Assembly (NCBI GenBank): GCA_944393225.1 | Contig: CALXZK010000003.1 | Coordinates: 7,853-71,852, forward strand | From: an uncultured Alphaproteobacteria bacterium | GTDB taxonomy: Bacteria; Pseudomonadota; Alphaproteobacteria; RF32; CAG-239 | Length of the DNA stretch: 64,000 nucleotides | Direction: 5' to 3' | In this document: positions 46,589-56,251 of the stretch, one piece after another | How the letters are laid out: the number at the start of each line of letters is the position of its first letter | How positions within the stretch are numbered: position 1 is the first letter of the stretch | Made by a program: the position numbers and the translations under genes | The notes under the pieces: model-generated | Told to the model about the DNA's origin: nothing | The model's input: the letters and a program-made list of their open reading frames with translations, nothing else | Databases searched by the model: none

Positions 46589-46907
46589 TATGTTTCAATC
46601 TTTGGAGTTCTTTGTCAATGGCATTGTCAATTTCATCAATTTTGGTGATGACAGACGGTTCATCAAAGTTAGAAACAAAGTTTGCTTCTTCTTTGCTGAC
46701 ATTTTCTAATGTGATTTTGGGTTGAACCGACGGTGCCGGACGAACCGGATTTAACTCTGCTGACGGCGGCATGGTCAACGGAGCTTTGGTTGATACCATA
46801 AACTCGTTCGGGGCTTTTTTAGCCAAGCCCAAGCTTTCTTTATTGATATTGCTGCATGCACTCAATACCAAAACAGCGGCAAAAACTGCCGAAATTTGTT
46901 TTTTCAT
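46581..46907 (-). CDS. DUF3035-like small lipoprotein
   Basis: MKKQISAVFAAVLVLSAC lipobox. The ATG at 46907 overlaps the lspA stop. The location between lspA and the M16 pair is typical of alphaproteobacteria. Confidence 0.55.
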   Translation of the reverse strand: MKKQISAVFAAVLVLSACSNINKESLGLAKKAPNEFMVSTKAPLTMPPSAELNPVRPAPSVQPKITLENVSKEEANFVSNFDEPSVITKIDEIDNAIDKELQRLKHNG

Positions 46908-47380
46908 TTTTTTTCCTCTTCTTTTTTGCGAGCAAAGAACAAACCATGAATAATGATGATGGTTGCTCCGATACAAATAAAACTATCTGCAACATTAAAT
47001 GCGGGCCAATGATGATCCCCAATGTGAAAATCCAAAAAGTCAAATACGGCACCTCTGCTCACTCTGTCTATGACATTTCCGATGGCACCGCCAATGATAA
47101 AACCTAATGAAATTTGGATAATTTTTTCTTTCTCTTTATACAACCAATAAATTAAAAAGCAAACAATTGTTAAAGACATGAGCGACAACAAGATAACTCC
47201 CGTTTTTCCGCCGTCATTAAACATGGAAAAGCTCACGCCCGTATTCCAAGCTCTGACCAAATTGAAAAATGATGTAAAGCTGATTGCGCCATATTCGTTA
47301 AGGACATTCTCCATAATATAATATTTGGAAAACTGATCCAAAATAACAATAACCAAGGCACAAGCCAATCCCAATAACAT
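46904..47380 (-). CDS. lspA: Lipoprotein signal peptidase (signal peptidase II)
   Basis: Four TM helices. NTGVSFSMF and IGGAIGNVIDR...VFDFLDF...WPAFNVADS conserved blocks. Confidence 0.9.
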   Translation of the reverse strand: MLLGLACALVIVILDQFSKYYIMENVLNEYGAISFTSFFNLVRAWNTGVSFSMFNDGGKTGVILLSLMSLTIVCFLIYWLYKEKEKIIQISLGFIIGGAIGNVIDRVSRGAVFDFLDFHIGDHHWPAFNVADSFICIGATIIIIHGLFFARKKEEEKK

Positions 47381-47479
47381 TATCTTACTCCATGTTTATA
47401 TACACATTAATCTATGATTACACTACTCTAGTTTTGTTCAGATAAAAAGCTAAAACTCAAAGATATTCATAGTAAAAAT

Positions 47480-48901
47480 TCAGAACAGCAAGAGTTTGGC
47501 CAAACCTAAGAAGATGAAGAATCCTCCCGAATCGGTCATAGCTATAAGGAAAACGCCTGAGGATATGGCCGGATCTACTTTTAATTTATTTAAGGTCAGC
47601 GGAATTAAAATACCGGCAAGGCTGGCTATCATCAAATTGCAAAGCATGGCAACGGCGATGATGTTGCTTATCATAATTTTATCGGGAAACATGATATGCG
47701 TTACGCCCCAAATCATACATGCAAATAATAAACCGTTGCATAAGCCAACGGTAAACTCTTTACCAATCACTTTGATTGTATTGCGTGAAGTGAGCTCCTT
47801 AGTTGCCAAGGCTCTGACTACAACCGCCAATGTTTGTTGCCCCGTGGTTCCCCCCATGGAAGCCACAATCGGCATCAAAACCGCTAAAGTTGAAACTTCG
47901 GCAATTATATCTTGAAAACCTTTGACAACGGAAGCTGCCATGATGGTGGCAAACAGATTTGTGACCAACCAAATGGCTCGAGAACGAAAAATGTTGAATA
48001 CGGATTTATAGACATCACCTTCTTCGGTTCCGGACAAGTGCATGATATCTTCACTGGCTTCTTCATGCACAATGTGCACAATGTCATCCACCATAATGGT
48101 TCCGACCAAACGACCTTTATTATCAACGACCATAGCAGATTTCCAGCCATATTCACGGAACATATGTGCTACTTCTTCTTGGTCGGTATAAGCATCTATC
48201 GGGCACACCTCGCCATCCATAATGTCAGACAAAGCCTCTGACGGCTTGGAGCGGATGAGTTTGTCCAAACTGATTTGTCCGACCGGATGATACAAAGAAT
48301 CGGTAATGAAAATTTCATAGAACTCATCGGGCAAGTCTTGGTCTTTGAGCAAAAACTGTCTGGTTTCTTTAACCGTCCAGTCATCAGGAACGGCAACAAA
48401 ATCGCGTGACATGATACGTCCCGCCGAATCTTCCGGATATGCGAATGATGATTTGACCTGATATTTTAATTCCGGATCCAATTGGTTGATGATTTGTGCT
48501 TGTTCATCATCATCCATGTGCTCCAAAATTTCAACCGCGTCATCAGAATCCAACTCATTAACAATTTTGACGACTTGATCGGCATCCAAATTGTCAATGA
48601 TTTGCTCTTGTACGACCTCGTTTAACTCAGGGAAAACATCCGGATTGATTTTATCACCCAAGATATCAACCAACAGCATACGTTGGTCATTATCCAAAGA
48701 TTCGAGCAAGCGCGCCAATTCATATTCGCTTAAGCCATCGGCAACTTTGCGAATGTATTTTGTATTGTCATTCTCCAGAGCTTTGATAACAGAACTTATC
48801 ATTCTGGGACCAATACCCAGAATCTGCTCGGCTTTCTTTTTCTTTTTGGAAAATTTTCTGCTCTTAGGAAGCAATACAACCCGCTTATTACGCTTACTCA
48901 T
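47480..48901 (-). CDS. mgtE: Magnesium transporter MgtE
   Basis: Acidic N-domain, tandem CBS domains (IMSRDFVAV..., AMVVDNKGRLVGTIMVDDIV), and a C-terminal 5-TM MgtE domain with GGTTGQQ. The start is uncertain; M34 at 48802 is possible. Confidence 0.88.
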   Translation of the reverse strand: MSKRNKRVVLLPKSRKFSKKKKKAEQILGIGPRMISSVIKALENDNTKYIRKVADGLSEYELARLLESLDNDQRMLLVDILGDKINPDVFPELNEVVQEQIIDNLDADQVVKIVNELDSDDAVEILEHMDDDEQAQIINQLDPELKYQVKSSFAYPEDSAGRIMSRDFVAVPDDWTVKETRQFLLKDQDLPDEFYEIFITDSLYHPVGQISLDKLIRSKPSEALSDIMDGEVCPIDAYTDQEEVAHMFREYGWKSAMVVDNKGRLVGTIMVDDIVHIVHEEASEDIMHLSGTEEGDVYKSVFNIFRSRAIWLVTNLFATIMAASVVKGFQDIIAEVSTLAVLMPIVASMGGTTGQQTLAVVVRALATKELTSRNTIKVIGKEFTVGLCNGLLFACMIWGVTHIMFPDKIMISNIIAVAMLCNLMIASLAGILIPLTLNKLKVDPAISSGVFLIAMTDSGGFFIFLGLAKLLLF

Positions 48902-48922
48902 GCTACCCCCGATTTAACCCAA

Positions 48923-48955
48923 TAAAAAAACCCGCTTAACTCTTTATCAGCGGGT
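48923..48955 (-). terminator. Hairpin plus U-tract immediately downstream of tRNA-Leu and about 20 nt upstream of the annotated mgtE start
   Basis: ACCCGCT-(12 nt)-AGCGGGT at 48930-48955. The A run at 48923-48930 gives a U tract on the minus strand. Confidence 0.5.
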
Positions 48956-48976
48956 GGTCATCTTTTAATTTTTAAT

Positions 48977-49063
48977 TGGTGCGGCCAAGAAGACTTGAAC
49001 TTCCACGGGATACCTCCCATAACGACCTCAACGTTACGCGTCTACCAATTCCGCCATGGCCGC
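48977..49063 (-). tRNA. tRNA-Leu (anticodon GAG), long variable arm, CCA encoded
   Basis: The reverse complement reads GCGGCCA-TG-GCGGAATTGGTAGACGC-G-TAACG-TTGAGGT-CGTTA-TGGGAGGTATCCCGT-GGAAGTTCAAGTCTTCT-TGGCCGC-A-CCA. Confidence 0.9.
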
Positions 49064-49147
49064 AAATCAAAAACTAAAGCTTGTATAAAATACTCTTAAA
49101 AAATAATCAAGTCTTTTCTCAAAAAAATAACAAAAAAAGTGCGTTTT

Positions 49148-49864
49148 TTATTTTTTCTTGAGTTTTTCGGCATCCGGTTCGGCAATTCCGCAAGAAATGA
49201 CAAACTTTAAGCCCTCTTCTACCGTCATATTCAGCTCGACCGTATCTTTTTTAGGAACAAAGATTAAAAAGCCGGAAGTTGGGTTCGGTGTGGTCGGGAT
49301 AAAAATGTTGAGCATTTCTTCACCGTTAAAATATTGTTTGACCTCGCCTTTGGTATCAGAGCTGACAAAACCCAAAATCCATATACCTTTTCGCGGATAT
49401 TCCAACATAACAACCTTATTGAAAGATTGGGTCTTGTTGGAAAGAAAGGTCTCAAACACTTGTTTTAACAAAGAATAAACACTTGAAATGACCGGCAGTT
49501 TATAAACAATCCATTCGCCTAAGCGCATGAAAAACTTGCCTAAAAAACCGGCAGCAAACATACCAACCAAAATCAAAGCGGCAATCAAGACAATCAGTCC
49601 CAATCCCGGAATCATCGGAATATCATACATGATGAAATATTCTCTGACTTGCGGTGGCATCATCTTACCGACCATACCGTCAATCCAGTAGATAAACTTA
49701 TATGCCATATAAAAAGTGATGGCAACCGGTGCCGTTACCAAAATACCGGTAAACAGATAGGCTCTTATTTTGGCGCCGACTTGCATAAATACGGCTTTTT
49801 CTCTTTCTAATCTGATTTTTTTGATATGTTGTGCGCGTTTTTTAGCATTTTTTTCGTTTTTCAT
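49148..49864 (-). CDS. DUF502-family membrane protein
   Basis: Two TM helices, then IPGLGLIVLIAALILVG...PVISSVYSLLKQVFETF...VVMLEYPRKGIWILGFV...IFIPTTPNPTSGFLIFVP, the conserved DUF502 pattern. Confidence 0.7.
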   Translation of the reverse strand: MKNEKNAKKRAQHIKKIRLEREKAVFMQVGAKIRAYLFTGILVTAPVAITFYMAYKFIYWIDGMVGKMMPPQVREYFIMYDIPMIPGLGLIVLIAALILVGMFAAGFLGKFFMRLGEWIVYKLPVISSVYSLLKQVFETFLSNKTQSFNKVVMLEYPRKGIWILGFVSSDTKGEVKQYFNGEEMLNIFIPTTPNPTSGFLIFVPKKDTVELNMTVEEGLKFVISCGIAEPDAEKLKKK

Positions 49865-51634
49865 TTAGCACCTCTTGATATCTTCTATCATAAACTGAAC
49901 AGAATTGCGTCCTTGCCAGCTATCTTTTCTTAAAACACCGACGACATCAAAAACTTCGCCTTTGGCATTGAGCATGGCTTGCCCGATGTCATTATCTGCC
50001 ACGCGGAAAGCAATTGCCTTGACCGAACCACCGTTGTCGGAGCCCAAAAAGCATTTAACGTGACCGCTGCCGATGATTGAAGCTTTATTAATACGAACGC
50101 GATGCAGCAATAATTTCGGCTCACTGTTGCCGGAACCATAAGGCTCTAACATTTCCAAATTATCTGCCAAATCAAGCGTTGCGCCGGATAATTCTAACTC
50201 ACCGTCAATATCAATGACCGGAACAATAGCTTCACCACCGATTTTTTCACTGACATATTCGCCGACAAACTTTTTGAAATCTTCAATTTTATCTTCGTTT
50301 AAAGAGAATCCGGCAGCCATGGTGTGTCCACCGCCTTTGGTTAACAGGCCTTTCTCTTTGGCAGAGATGATTAAAGCGCCTAAATCTACCTGCGGAATGG
50401 AACGTGCCGAGCCTTTGACCTCGTCTGCCTCAATGGACATAACAAAAGAAGGCAGATTGTATCTTTCTTTCAATTTTCCGGCAACAATACCAATAACGCC
50501 TTGGTGCCAATCGTGTCCGGCCACAAAGGCAATCGGATATGTTTGCGGCGTGCCTTCCAACATTTCAATGGCATTGAGCAAAACATAGTTCTCAATTTCT
50601 TTTCGCTGTTGGTTAAACTCGCCTAATTTTTCGGCAAGCATTTCAGCTTGTTTTTCGTCTTTCATACATAAGAGTTTATTACCTAAAGCCGAATCCCCGA
50701 CACGACCGCAAGCATTGATTCTTGGTCCCAAGACATAGCCTAAATGAAAAGCCGTCGGCGCTTCACTTATGCCTGCCTTATCAACCAAAGCGCGGATTCC
50801 TAAATTGGTGCGGCGGGACATTACTTTAAGTCCTTGTCTGACAAACGCACGATTTAAGCCTTTGAGCGGCACAACGTCGCAAACCGTACCCAAAGCCACC
50901 AAATCAAGCCATTGGAGTAAATTGGGTTCCGGATTGTCTTTGGTAAAGAAACCGCGACGACGCAATTCGCGGTTGATGGCGACAATCGTTACAAAAACAA
51001 CGCCAACCGCTGCCATAAATTTCAAATATTCTACCTCGCAGGTTTCATCCAAGCGTTTGGGGTTGACCAAAGCATAAACCGGCGGCAGTAAAACCTCGGC
51101 TTCATGGTGGTCTAAAACAATGACGGGAATATTTTTTTCTTTGGCATATTCAAACGTATCAAAAGCCGTGGTGCCGCAATCGGTGGTGATGACTAAATCC
51201 ACGCCTGAAGCAATAAACTCATCTATTGCCATTTTGCTCGGACCATAGCCCTCTTCTCTATCCGGAATATGCACTTGCGGATTGATGCCCACGCTTTCTA
51301 AAAACAAGCGCAAAACAGAAGATGACGTTGCGCCGTCAACATCATAGTCGCCGATGATGGCAACGCGTTCTTTATTGATGATGGCATCGGCGATGCGCGC
51401 TGCCGCTTTATCCATATCTTTTAAGCAAGATGGATCCGGCAACAAAGTTTGCAATTTGGGATCAATAAAATTTTTGATATCTTGTTCTTGAACGCCGCGC
51501 AAATATAAAAGACGAGCAATCAGGTACGGCAACTGATATTTTTGACTGATGCTTTCAATCAAACGTTCATTAACAGGGACAACCTTCCACAGGTTGCCCC
51601 CTAATGATTTTTCATTTTCAAGAGCTTCTTCCAC
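49865..51634 (-). CDS. recJ: Single-stranded-DNA-specific exonuclease RecJ
   Basis: VAIIGDYDVDGATSS (DHH motif I), ITTDCG, VLDHH, GGHTMAAG (DHHA1), and a C-terminal OB region. Confidence 0.92.
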   Translation of the reverse strand: MEEALENEKSLGGNLWKVVPVNERLIESISQKYQLPYLIARLLYLRGVQEQDIKNFIDPKLQTLLPDPSCLKDMDKAAARIADAIINKERVAIIGDYDVDGATSSSVLRLFLESVGINPQVHIPDREEGYGPSKMAIDEFIASGVDLVITTDCGTTAFDTFEYAKEKNIPVIVLDHHEAEVLLPPVYALVNPKRLDETCEVEYLKFMAAVGVVFVTIVAINRELRRRGFFTKDNPEPNLLQWLDLVALGTVCDVVPLKGLNRAFVRQGLKVMSRRTNLGIRALVDKAGISEAPTAFHLGYVLGPRINACGRVGDSALGNKLLCMKDEKQAEMLAEKLGEFNQQRKEIENYVLLNAIEMLEGTPQTYPIAFVAGHDWHQGVIGIVAGKLKERYNLPSFVMSIEADEVKGSARSIPQVDLGALIISAKEKGLLTKGGGHTMAAGFSLNEDKIEDFKKFVGEYVSEKIGGEAIVPVIDIDGELELSGATLDLADNLEMLEPYGSGNSEPKLLLHRVRINKASIIGSGHVKCFLGSDNGGSVKAIAFRVADNDIGQAMLNAKGEVFDVVGVLRKDSWQGRNSVQFMIEDIKRC

Positions 51635-51648
51635 TCAATCACCTGAGC

Positions 51649-52452
51649 TTAGTAAGCAATATAAACTTCAACACGGCGGTTCAAACGCTCGCCTTCAGGC
51701 ATAACTTCCTGATAAGCAGGCATTGAATCGGACAAAGCTTCGGTTTGGATTTTGCTTGCAGACAAGCCATATCTCTTCAAAGCATCGGCAACGCTTTGTG
51801 CACGTGCGGCAGAAACCTTGAAGTTTGCCAATTTGTGGCTAACCGGATCGGTATTGCGTGTGCGGCTGGAAGCAAAGCCTTTAACCGTTACAATGGCGTT
51901 TTTCTTAGATTTTGCCAATTTTACAATATTTCTGATTTGCTTGTTATATTGAGAATCGAGCACAGAACTACCATCGGCAAAATAGAATGTATCTAATCTA
52001 TAGCTGACGCTTGGAACCGAATTTTCTTCTTCTGCCGGAGCAAAGTCTGCAGCAGTAATAACCGGTTTTTGCGGTATTTCTATTTTTTTAGCTTTTTCGG
52101 CTTTTTTGTTTGCATTTTCAGACAAAGCTTTTTCAGCTTCAGCCTTGCTTTCTTTCAGCTCTTCTTTTTTAACGGGTTTGGTCTTGGCTGCAAACGGAAT
52201 ATCCGGTTTTTCATCATCATAAGCGATGTTTTTGGTATCGGCTTGCAAACTTTCACCTTCTTCCGGCATGGTGAGTTCTATTTTTTTGCTTTTGCGACCG
52301 ACAAAAGAGCTGTCTTCTTCACTGTCTTGGCTGACAACAGCATCTTCTTCATCTTCCGTAATATCCGGAAAAACGGCGGAAGAACAAGAGCATAACAAAG
52401 CTGTCAGTCCAAAAATTCCACAATATAATTTGATATCTTGAAGCGCTTTCAT
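51649..52452 (-). CDS. OmpA-family peptidoglycan-associated lipoprotein
   Basis: LTALLCSCSS lipobox, an acidic/Lys-rich linker, and a C-terminal OmpA_C domain (FADGSSVL..., KGFASSRT..., NRRVEVYI). I prefer the ATG at 52452. Confidence 0.8.
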   Translation of the reverse strand: MKALQDIKLYCGIFGLTALLCSCSSAVFPDITEDEEDAVVSQDSEEDSSFVGRKSKKIELTMPEEGESLQADTKNIAYDDEKPDIPFAAKTKPVKKEELKESKAEAEKALSENANKKAEKAKKIEIPQKPVITAADFAPAEEENSVPSVSYRLDTFYFADGSSVLDSQYNKQIRNIVKLAKSKKNAIVTVKGFASSRTRNTDPVSHKLANFKVSAARAQSVADALKRYGLSASKIQTEALSDSMPAYQEVMPEGERLNRRVEVYIAY

Positions 52453-52624
52453 GTTTTTGAATCCCAATATTAAACTCTTTTTCGAATTAATTCTTATTAT
52501 TGATATAATATTACTCAGCATAAAACAAGAGATAAAAAATAATCAACAGGTATATTTTAATAATTTTGTTTTGCAATTAAACGCGTATAATACACAAAAA
52601 AAGAACAGATGTGAGGATTGAAAA

Positions 52625-53146
52625 ATGCCTAAAATCGCCGCTCCTTCGGCTTTTGATGTGGCTTATTGGTTTTTGCAATATGCCGACAAAAAACAATTTT
52701 TTATTGAAGATGAAAAATTGCACCATTTGTTGTTTTTAGCGCAGATTATTTATATGCAACGCCACGGTAACGAAATTTTATTTCCCTCCATGTTTATTGC
52801 CACCGAAAAAGGTTTTTTGGAACCAAATTTGCTCAAGGTTTTTGCGCATGGACACCCTTATATGCCCAATATTAAAATTGATGATAAAACAGCCTCTTTC
52901 TTAGAGCAAATTTGGAATAAATATGCTAACCAATCTTTATTGGATTTGCGCTCTACCATCACGCAAAGCCAAGCTTTTCAATCTTGTTATGACAAGAAGA
53001 ATCTGATGGCGGTAGATATGCAACAAATTGCCGAACTTTTCACACCGGCAAATGAAAAAACATACAGCAACCGTGTCAGAATGTCTCAACACGGACCGGT
53101 TATGGTTTCACAATGGCAACCTCGAAAAGTTAATAAAAAGGATTAA
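52625..53146 (+). CDS. Panacea-domain (DUF4065, SocA/PanA-like) protein
   Basis: AFDVAYWFLQYADKK...IEDEKLHHLLFLAQIIYMQRHGNEILFPSMFIATEKGFLEPNLLKVF fits the DUF4065 pattern (KLQKLLYyaQ...g.pLf...f.AW..GPV...vy). This is recognition by eye. Confidence 0.55.
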   Translation: MPKIAAPSAFDVAYWFLQYADKKQFFIEDEKLHHLLFLAQIIYMQRHGNEILFPSMFIATEKGFLEPNLLKVFAHGHPYMPNIKIDDKTASFLEQIWNKYANQSLLDLRSTITQSQAFQSCYDKKNLMAVDMQQIAELFTPANEKTYSNRVRMSQHGPVMVSQWQPRKVNKKD

Positions 53147-53150
53147 TTTG

Positions 53151-53615
53151 ATGAAAAAACTGCTTGTTGCTGCTTGTTTTCTGTTTTTGGTTTCGGCTTG
53201 TTTTGAAACTGAAAAAAATCCGCAGAGAGAACTTTCAAGTTTGACATTGGGAAGCGGTTCTCAACAAATTGATTTTAAAGTAGAAACTTCTGAAACTCCG
53301 CAAGAACTTGCTCTGGGCTTAATGTACAGAAAATCAATGCCCCAAAATCAAGGTATGATTTTTCTTTTTCCATCCCCGCGACAAACCGCTTTTTGGATGA
53401 AAAATACTTACCTGCCCTTGGATATGATTTTTGTAAACGACAAGCACCAAATCAGCGGTATTGTTGAAAATGCACAGCCCTTGAGTGAAAAATTGATTTA
53501 TTCTCCGGCTCATACAATTGCAGTTATTGAACTCAATGCCGGTGTGGCAAAAGCAAAAAATTTGCGTCGCGGAATGATTGTTACCCACTCAGGGTTAGTT
53601 TTGCCGCAAAAATAA
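53151..53615 (+). CDS. DUF192-family periplasmic lipoprotein
   Basis: MKKLLVAACFLFLVSAC lipobox. GLMYRKSMPQNQGMIFLFP...FWMKNTYLPLDMIFV...AVIELNAG is the DUF192 core. The ATG at 53151 follows AAGGA. The upstream part of the track ORF is an artefact. Confidence 0.7.
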   Translation: MKKLLVAACFLFLVSACFETEKNPQRELSSLTLGSGSQQIDFKVETSETPQELALGLMYRKSMPQNQGMIFLFPSPRQTAFWMKNTYLPLDMIFVNDKHQISGIVENAQPLSEKLIYSPAHTIAVIELNAGVAKAKNLRRGMIVTHSGLVLPQK

Positions 53616-54485
53616 TTGATATTTTTTAACAAAACCAAACGGATTATACTCTTCTTTGGCGCGTCTTAATCCTACCAAGCCTAAGTCTTGCTCACGATTG
53701 ACGTATTTATAGTCGGTAAAATTTTCTAAAGTGAGCTTGTTCAGTGCCGGATATGCGCCTCTGACATCGTATAACGCTTTTTCAAAATGAATGATGATAT
53801 GCTCTCCATCTTGTTTTTCTCCGATGGTATAGCCAACTATATTATCATCGACCAACAATGCATAACCAAAAATCTTATCTTTAAATTCCGTCCAATTTGT
53901 CAAAACTTCAAGAATTGCTTTATTTTCTTGCTCTAAGCCTATTGAATTTTCTTTATTTTGTTTTAGCCATATTTGCTGAAATTTTTTGACTTTTTCTATA
54001 TTTTTTTCTTCTATCGGCTCTAGTTTATAATTATTGTTCTGCAAAAATTGGTTGGATAATTTGCGCTGATTGCGATATTTTTCGCCACTCAATGATACCA
54101 AATCGGCAATATTATACAAATATTCCCAATTATCTCGGTCTTCCGTGATTTCCAGATTTTTGCCAAAAACTTTTTGCAGTGCTTGCGCCAACCCTTCGGT
54201 AACACTCTTAAACATAACTTGCTTTGGCAAATATTGTGCAAATATTTTTTGCCAATCTACCGATTTATGATTTCCTAGCGGCGGACCATAAATATAATCA
54301 TCATCTTTTCTAAAACGCAGCCAACACAAGTTTTCGGCAAAAGCGATTTCGGTTTGATATTTGTTGTCCCACGCCCACAAATTGATAAATGACGTATCAG
54401 AACTTTTTTCTGTACCAGTCTGATAATACTTATCATATTCTTCTTTGTCTTCTAAAGACAAGCGTTTGAAATTTAGCTTTACCAT
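53595..54485 (-). CDS. DUF2156-family protein (MprF/LysX C-terminal-like GNAT-fold domain, stand-alone)
   Basis: SDTSFINLWAWDNKYQTEIAFAENLCWLRF...GYALLVDDNIVGYTIGEK...INREQDLGLVGLRRAKEEY matches the DUF2156 layout. I prefer the ATG at 54485 over the TTG at 54503. Confidence 0.6.
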   Translation of the reverse strand: MVKLNFKRLSLEDKEEYDKYYQTGTEKSSDTSFINLWAWDNKYQTEIAFAENLCWLRFRKDDDYIYGPPLGNHKSVDWQKIFAQYLPKQVMFKSVTEGLAQALQKVFGKNLEITEDRDNWEYLYNIADLVSLSGEKYRNQRKLSNQFLQNNNYKLEPIEEKNIEKVKKFQQIWLKQNKENSIGLEQENKAILEVLTNWTEFKDKIFGYALLVDDNIVGYTIGEKQDGEHIIIHFEKALYDVRGAYPALNKLTLENFTDYKYVNREQDLGLVGLRRAKEEYNPFGFVKKYQLFLRQN

Positions 54486-54877
54486 TTGGTCGGAACCACA
54501 CAATCATCACCGTTGAAATTGTAATTTACCACTTCTCCGTTGGTGATGGTGAAAGATGTTTTGCAATAATAATCATCATTTTGTTGATCCCATAAGTTTT
54601 CACCAAAATTTTCCGTGCGTATGCCATTGTAGTCAACACCGACGCCGTTATATGGGTCAGAATTGCCGTTTATGGGTGCATTTTCTTGAGAAATGTAAGT
54701 AACGACTTTGGTTTGCTGGTCAATATTCCACACATTGGTCGGAGTGCCCCAAGAATCATACAAACTCAACTCCGGCATACCAACCCATTGTTGCAAGGTT
54801 TCTTGATATTCTATGGCACCGTTTTGTATGGCACAGGCAGAAACTAAAAAGGCTAAAGAAAATATTGTTTTTTTCAT
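54479..54877 (-). CDS. Small lipoprotein, function unknown
   Basis: MKKTIFSLAFLVSAC lipobox. No family recognised. Confidence 0.6.
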   Translation of the reverse strand: MKKTIFSLAFLVSACAIQNGAIEYQETLQQWVGMPELSLYDSWGTPTNVWNIDQQTKVVTYISQENAPINGNSDPYNGVGVDYNGIRTENFGENLWDQQNDDYYCKTSFTITNGEVVNYNFNGDDCVVPTKW

Positions 54878-54941
54878 AAATCTTCTCCTTTCTTGTTGTT
54901 TTTAACAATCAATATTTATGCACTGTTGCGGCAAAATCAAC

Positions 54942-56249
54942 TCAACTGATGAGCTTTATTTTCATACGAGCATTTAATTTTGCCATATTCACCTTATCTA
55001 TTTTGGCATAGACCAGCTGATAATCATCATGATTTTCAATTGTTTGGACTTGTGCGTTTTGGTGTAACCACGCGAGCTCTTTACCGTCTGATGACGGAAT
55101 TTTGACCATTATCATTTGATGATGCTGACTTAATTTGTCGTCTAAAGTTTGCAAAAATTGTTTGCACCCTTCTCCGCTCAAAGCAGAAGTCGGAATAATA
55201 TTTGTATTGCGTTTGGCATTTTCTAACACATATTGTTTATCTTCTTCGCTCAATAAATCCGTTTTGTTCCAAAGCTCAATATAATTATCTTTATTTTCAA
55301 TATGTTCTAAGCCCAAATGATGCAAAACTTCCAACACATCTTGCTTTTGTTGCTGATGATCGGGGTTAGATAAATCGCGCACATGAACCACAATATCGGC
55401 AGACAAAACTTCTTCCAATGTGGCGCGGAAAGACATAACCAGCTCGTGCGGCAAATCGGAAATAAAACCAACCGTATCAGACAAGATAATTTCTTTTCCC
55501 GAAGGTAAATTGATTTTACGCATGGTCGGATCCAAGGTTGCAAACAATAAATCTTGTGCAAAAACATTGGCTTTGGACAACAAGTTAAACAAGGTAGATT
55601 TTCCGGCGTTGGTATAACCAACCAAAGCTACAACCGGATACGGAACTTTTTTGCGGGCGCCGCGTTGCAGTTCTCGCGTGCGTTTGACTTTTTCCAAATC
55701 TTTTTTGATGCGGACAATTTTATCATCAATAATACGTCTGTCCAACTCGATTTGCGTTTCACCGGGACCGCCCAAAAATCCGGCACCGCCGCGTTGTCTT
55801 TCCAAGTGGGTCCAGCTTCTGACCAAACGGCTGCGCTGATAGGTCAGATGTGCCAGCTCAACTTGCAAATTGCCTTCTTTGGTATTGGCTCTTTCGCCAA
55901 AAATTTCAAGAATTAAGGCAGTGCGGTCAATGACCTTGATTTTGAGTTTTTTCTCCAGATTGCGTTGCTGAATTGGTGTCAGAGATGTGTCAACAATGAC
56001 TAATTCTATATTGTTTTCTGAAATTTTTTGCTGAAGTTGTTCTAAAAAACCATTACCGAAAAAAATGGCAGGTTTTATCTCTCTGACTTTGACTATTTCG
56101 CTATAAACAACATCCAGCCAAATGGCCTGCGCCAAACGCACTGCTTCTTCCAATCTGGCTTCAGGGGACAGAGAAACGGCTTTTCCTTGCACGGAAGGAA
56201 AAATGACGCAAGCCTTTTGTGAATTTGATTTAGATTGATTTTCTTTCAA
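54942..56249 (-). CDS. hflX: GTPase HflX
   Basis: HflX N-domain (ALILEIFGERANTKEGNLQVELAHL), G1 GYTNAGKST, G3 DTVGF, G4 NKTD. It lies directly downstream of hfq. Confidence 0.92.
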   Translation of the reverse strand: MKENQSKSNSQKACVIFPSVQGKAVSLSPEARLEEAVRLAQAIWLDVVYSEIVKVREIKPAIFFGNGFLEQLQQKISENNIELVIVDTSLTPIQQRNLEKKLKIKVIDRTALILEIFGERANTKEGNLQVELAHLTYQRSRLVRSWTHLERQRGGAGFLGGPGETQIELDRRIIDDKIVRIKKDLEKVKRTRELQRGARKKVPYPVVALVGYTNAGKSTLFNLLSKANVFAQDLLFATLDPTMRKINLPSGKEIILSDTVGFISDLPHELVMSFRATLEEVLSADIVVHVRDLSNPDHQQQKQDVLEVLHHLGLEHIENKDNYIELWNKTDLLSEEDKQYVLENAKRNTNIIPTSALSGEGCKQFLQTLDDKLSQHHQMIMVKIPSSDGKELAWLHQNAQVQTIENHDDYQLVYAKIDKVNMAKLNARMKIKLIS

Positions 56250-56251
56250 GA

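Noticed and set aside
53028-53150. The N-terminal extension of the DUF192 ORF, overlapping the Panacea-domain gene in another frame. The same applies to the TTG-initiated extension of galE at 37381-37491.
   Set aside because: The internal ATGs (53151 and 37492) have good Shine-Dalgarno sequences and give canonical N-termini (a lipoprotein signal and a Rossmann GxGxxG). The upstream parts are artefacts of longest-ORF calling.
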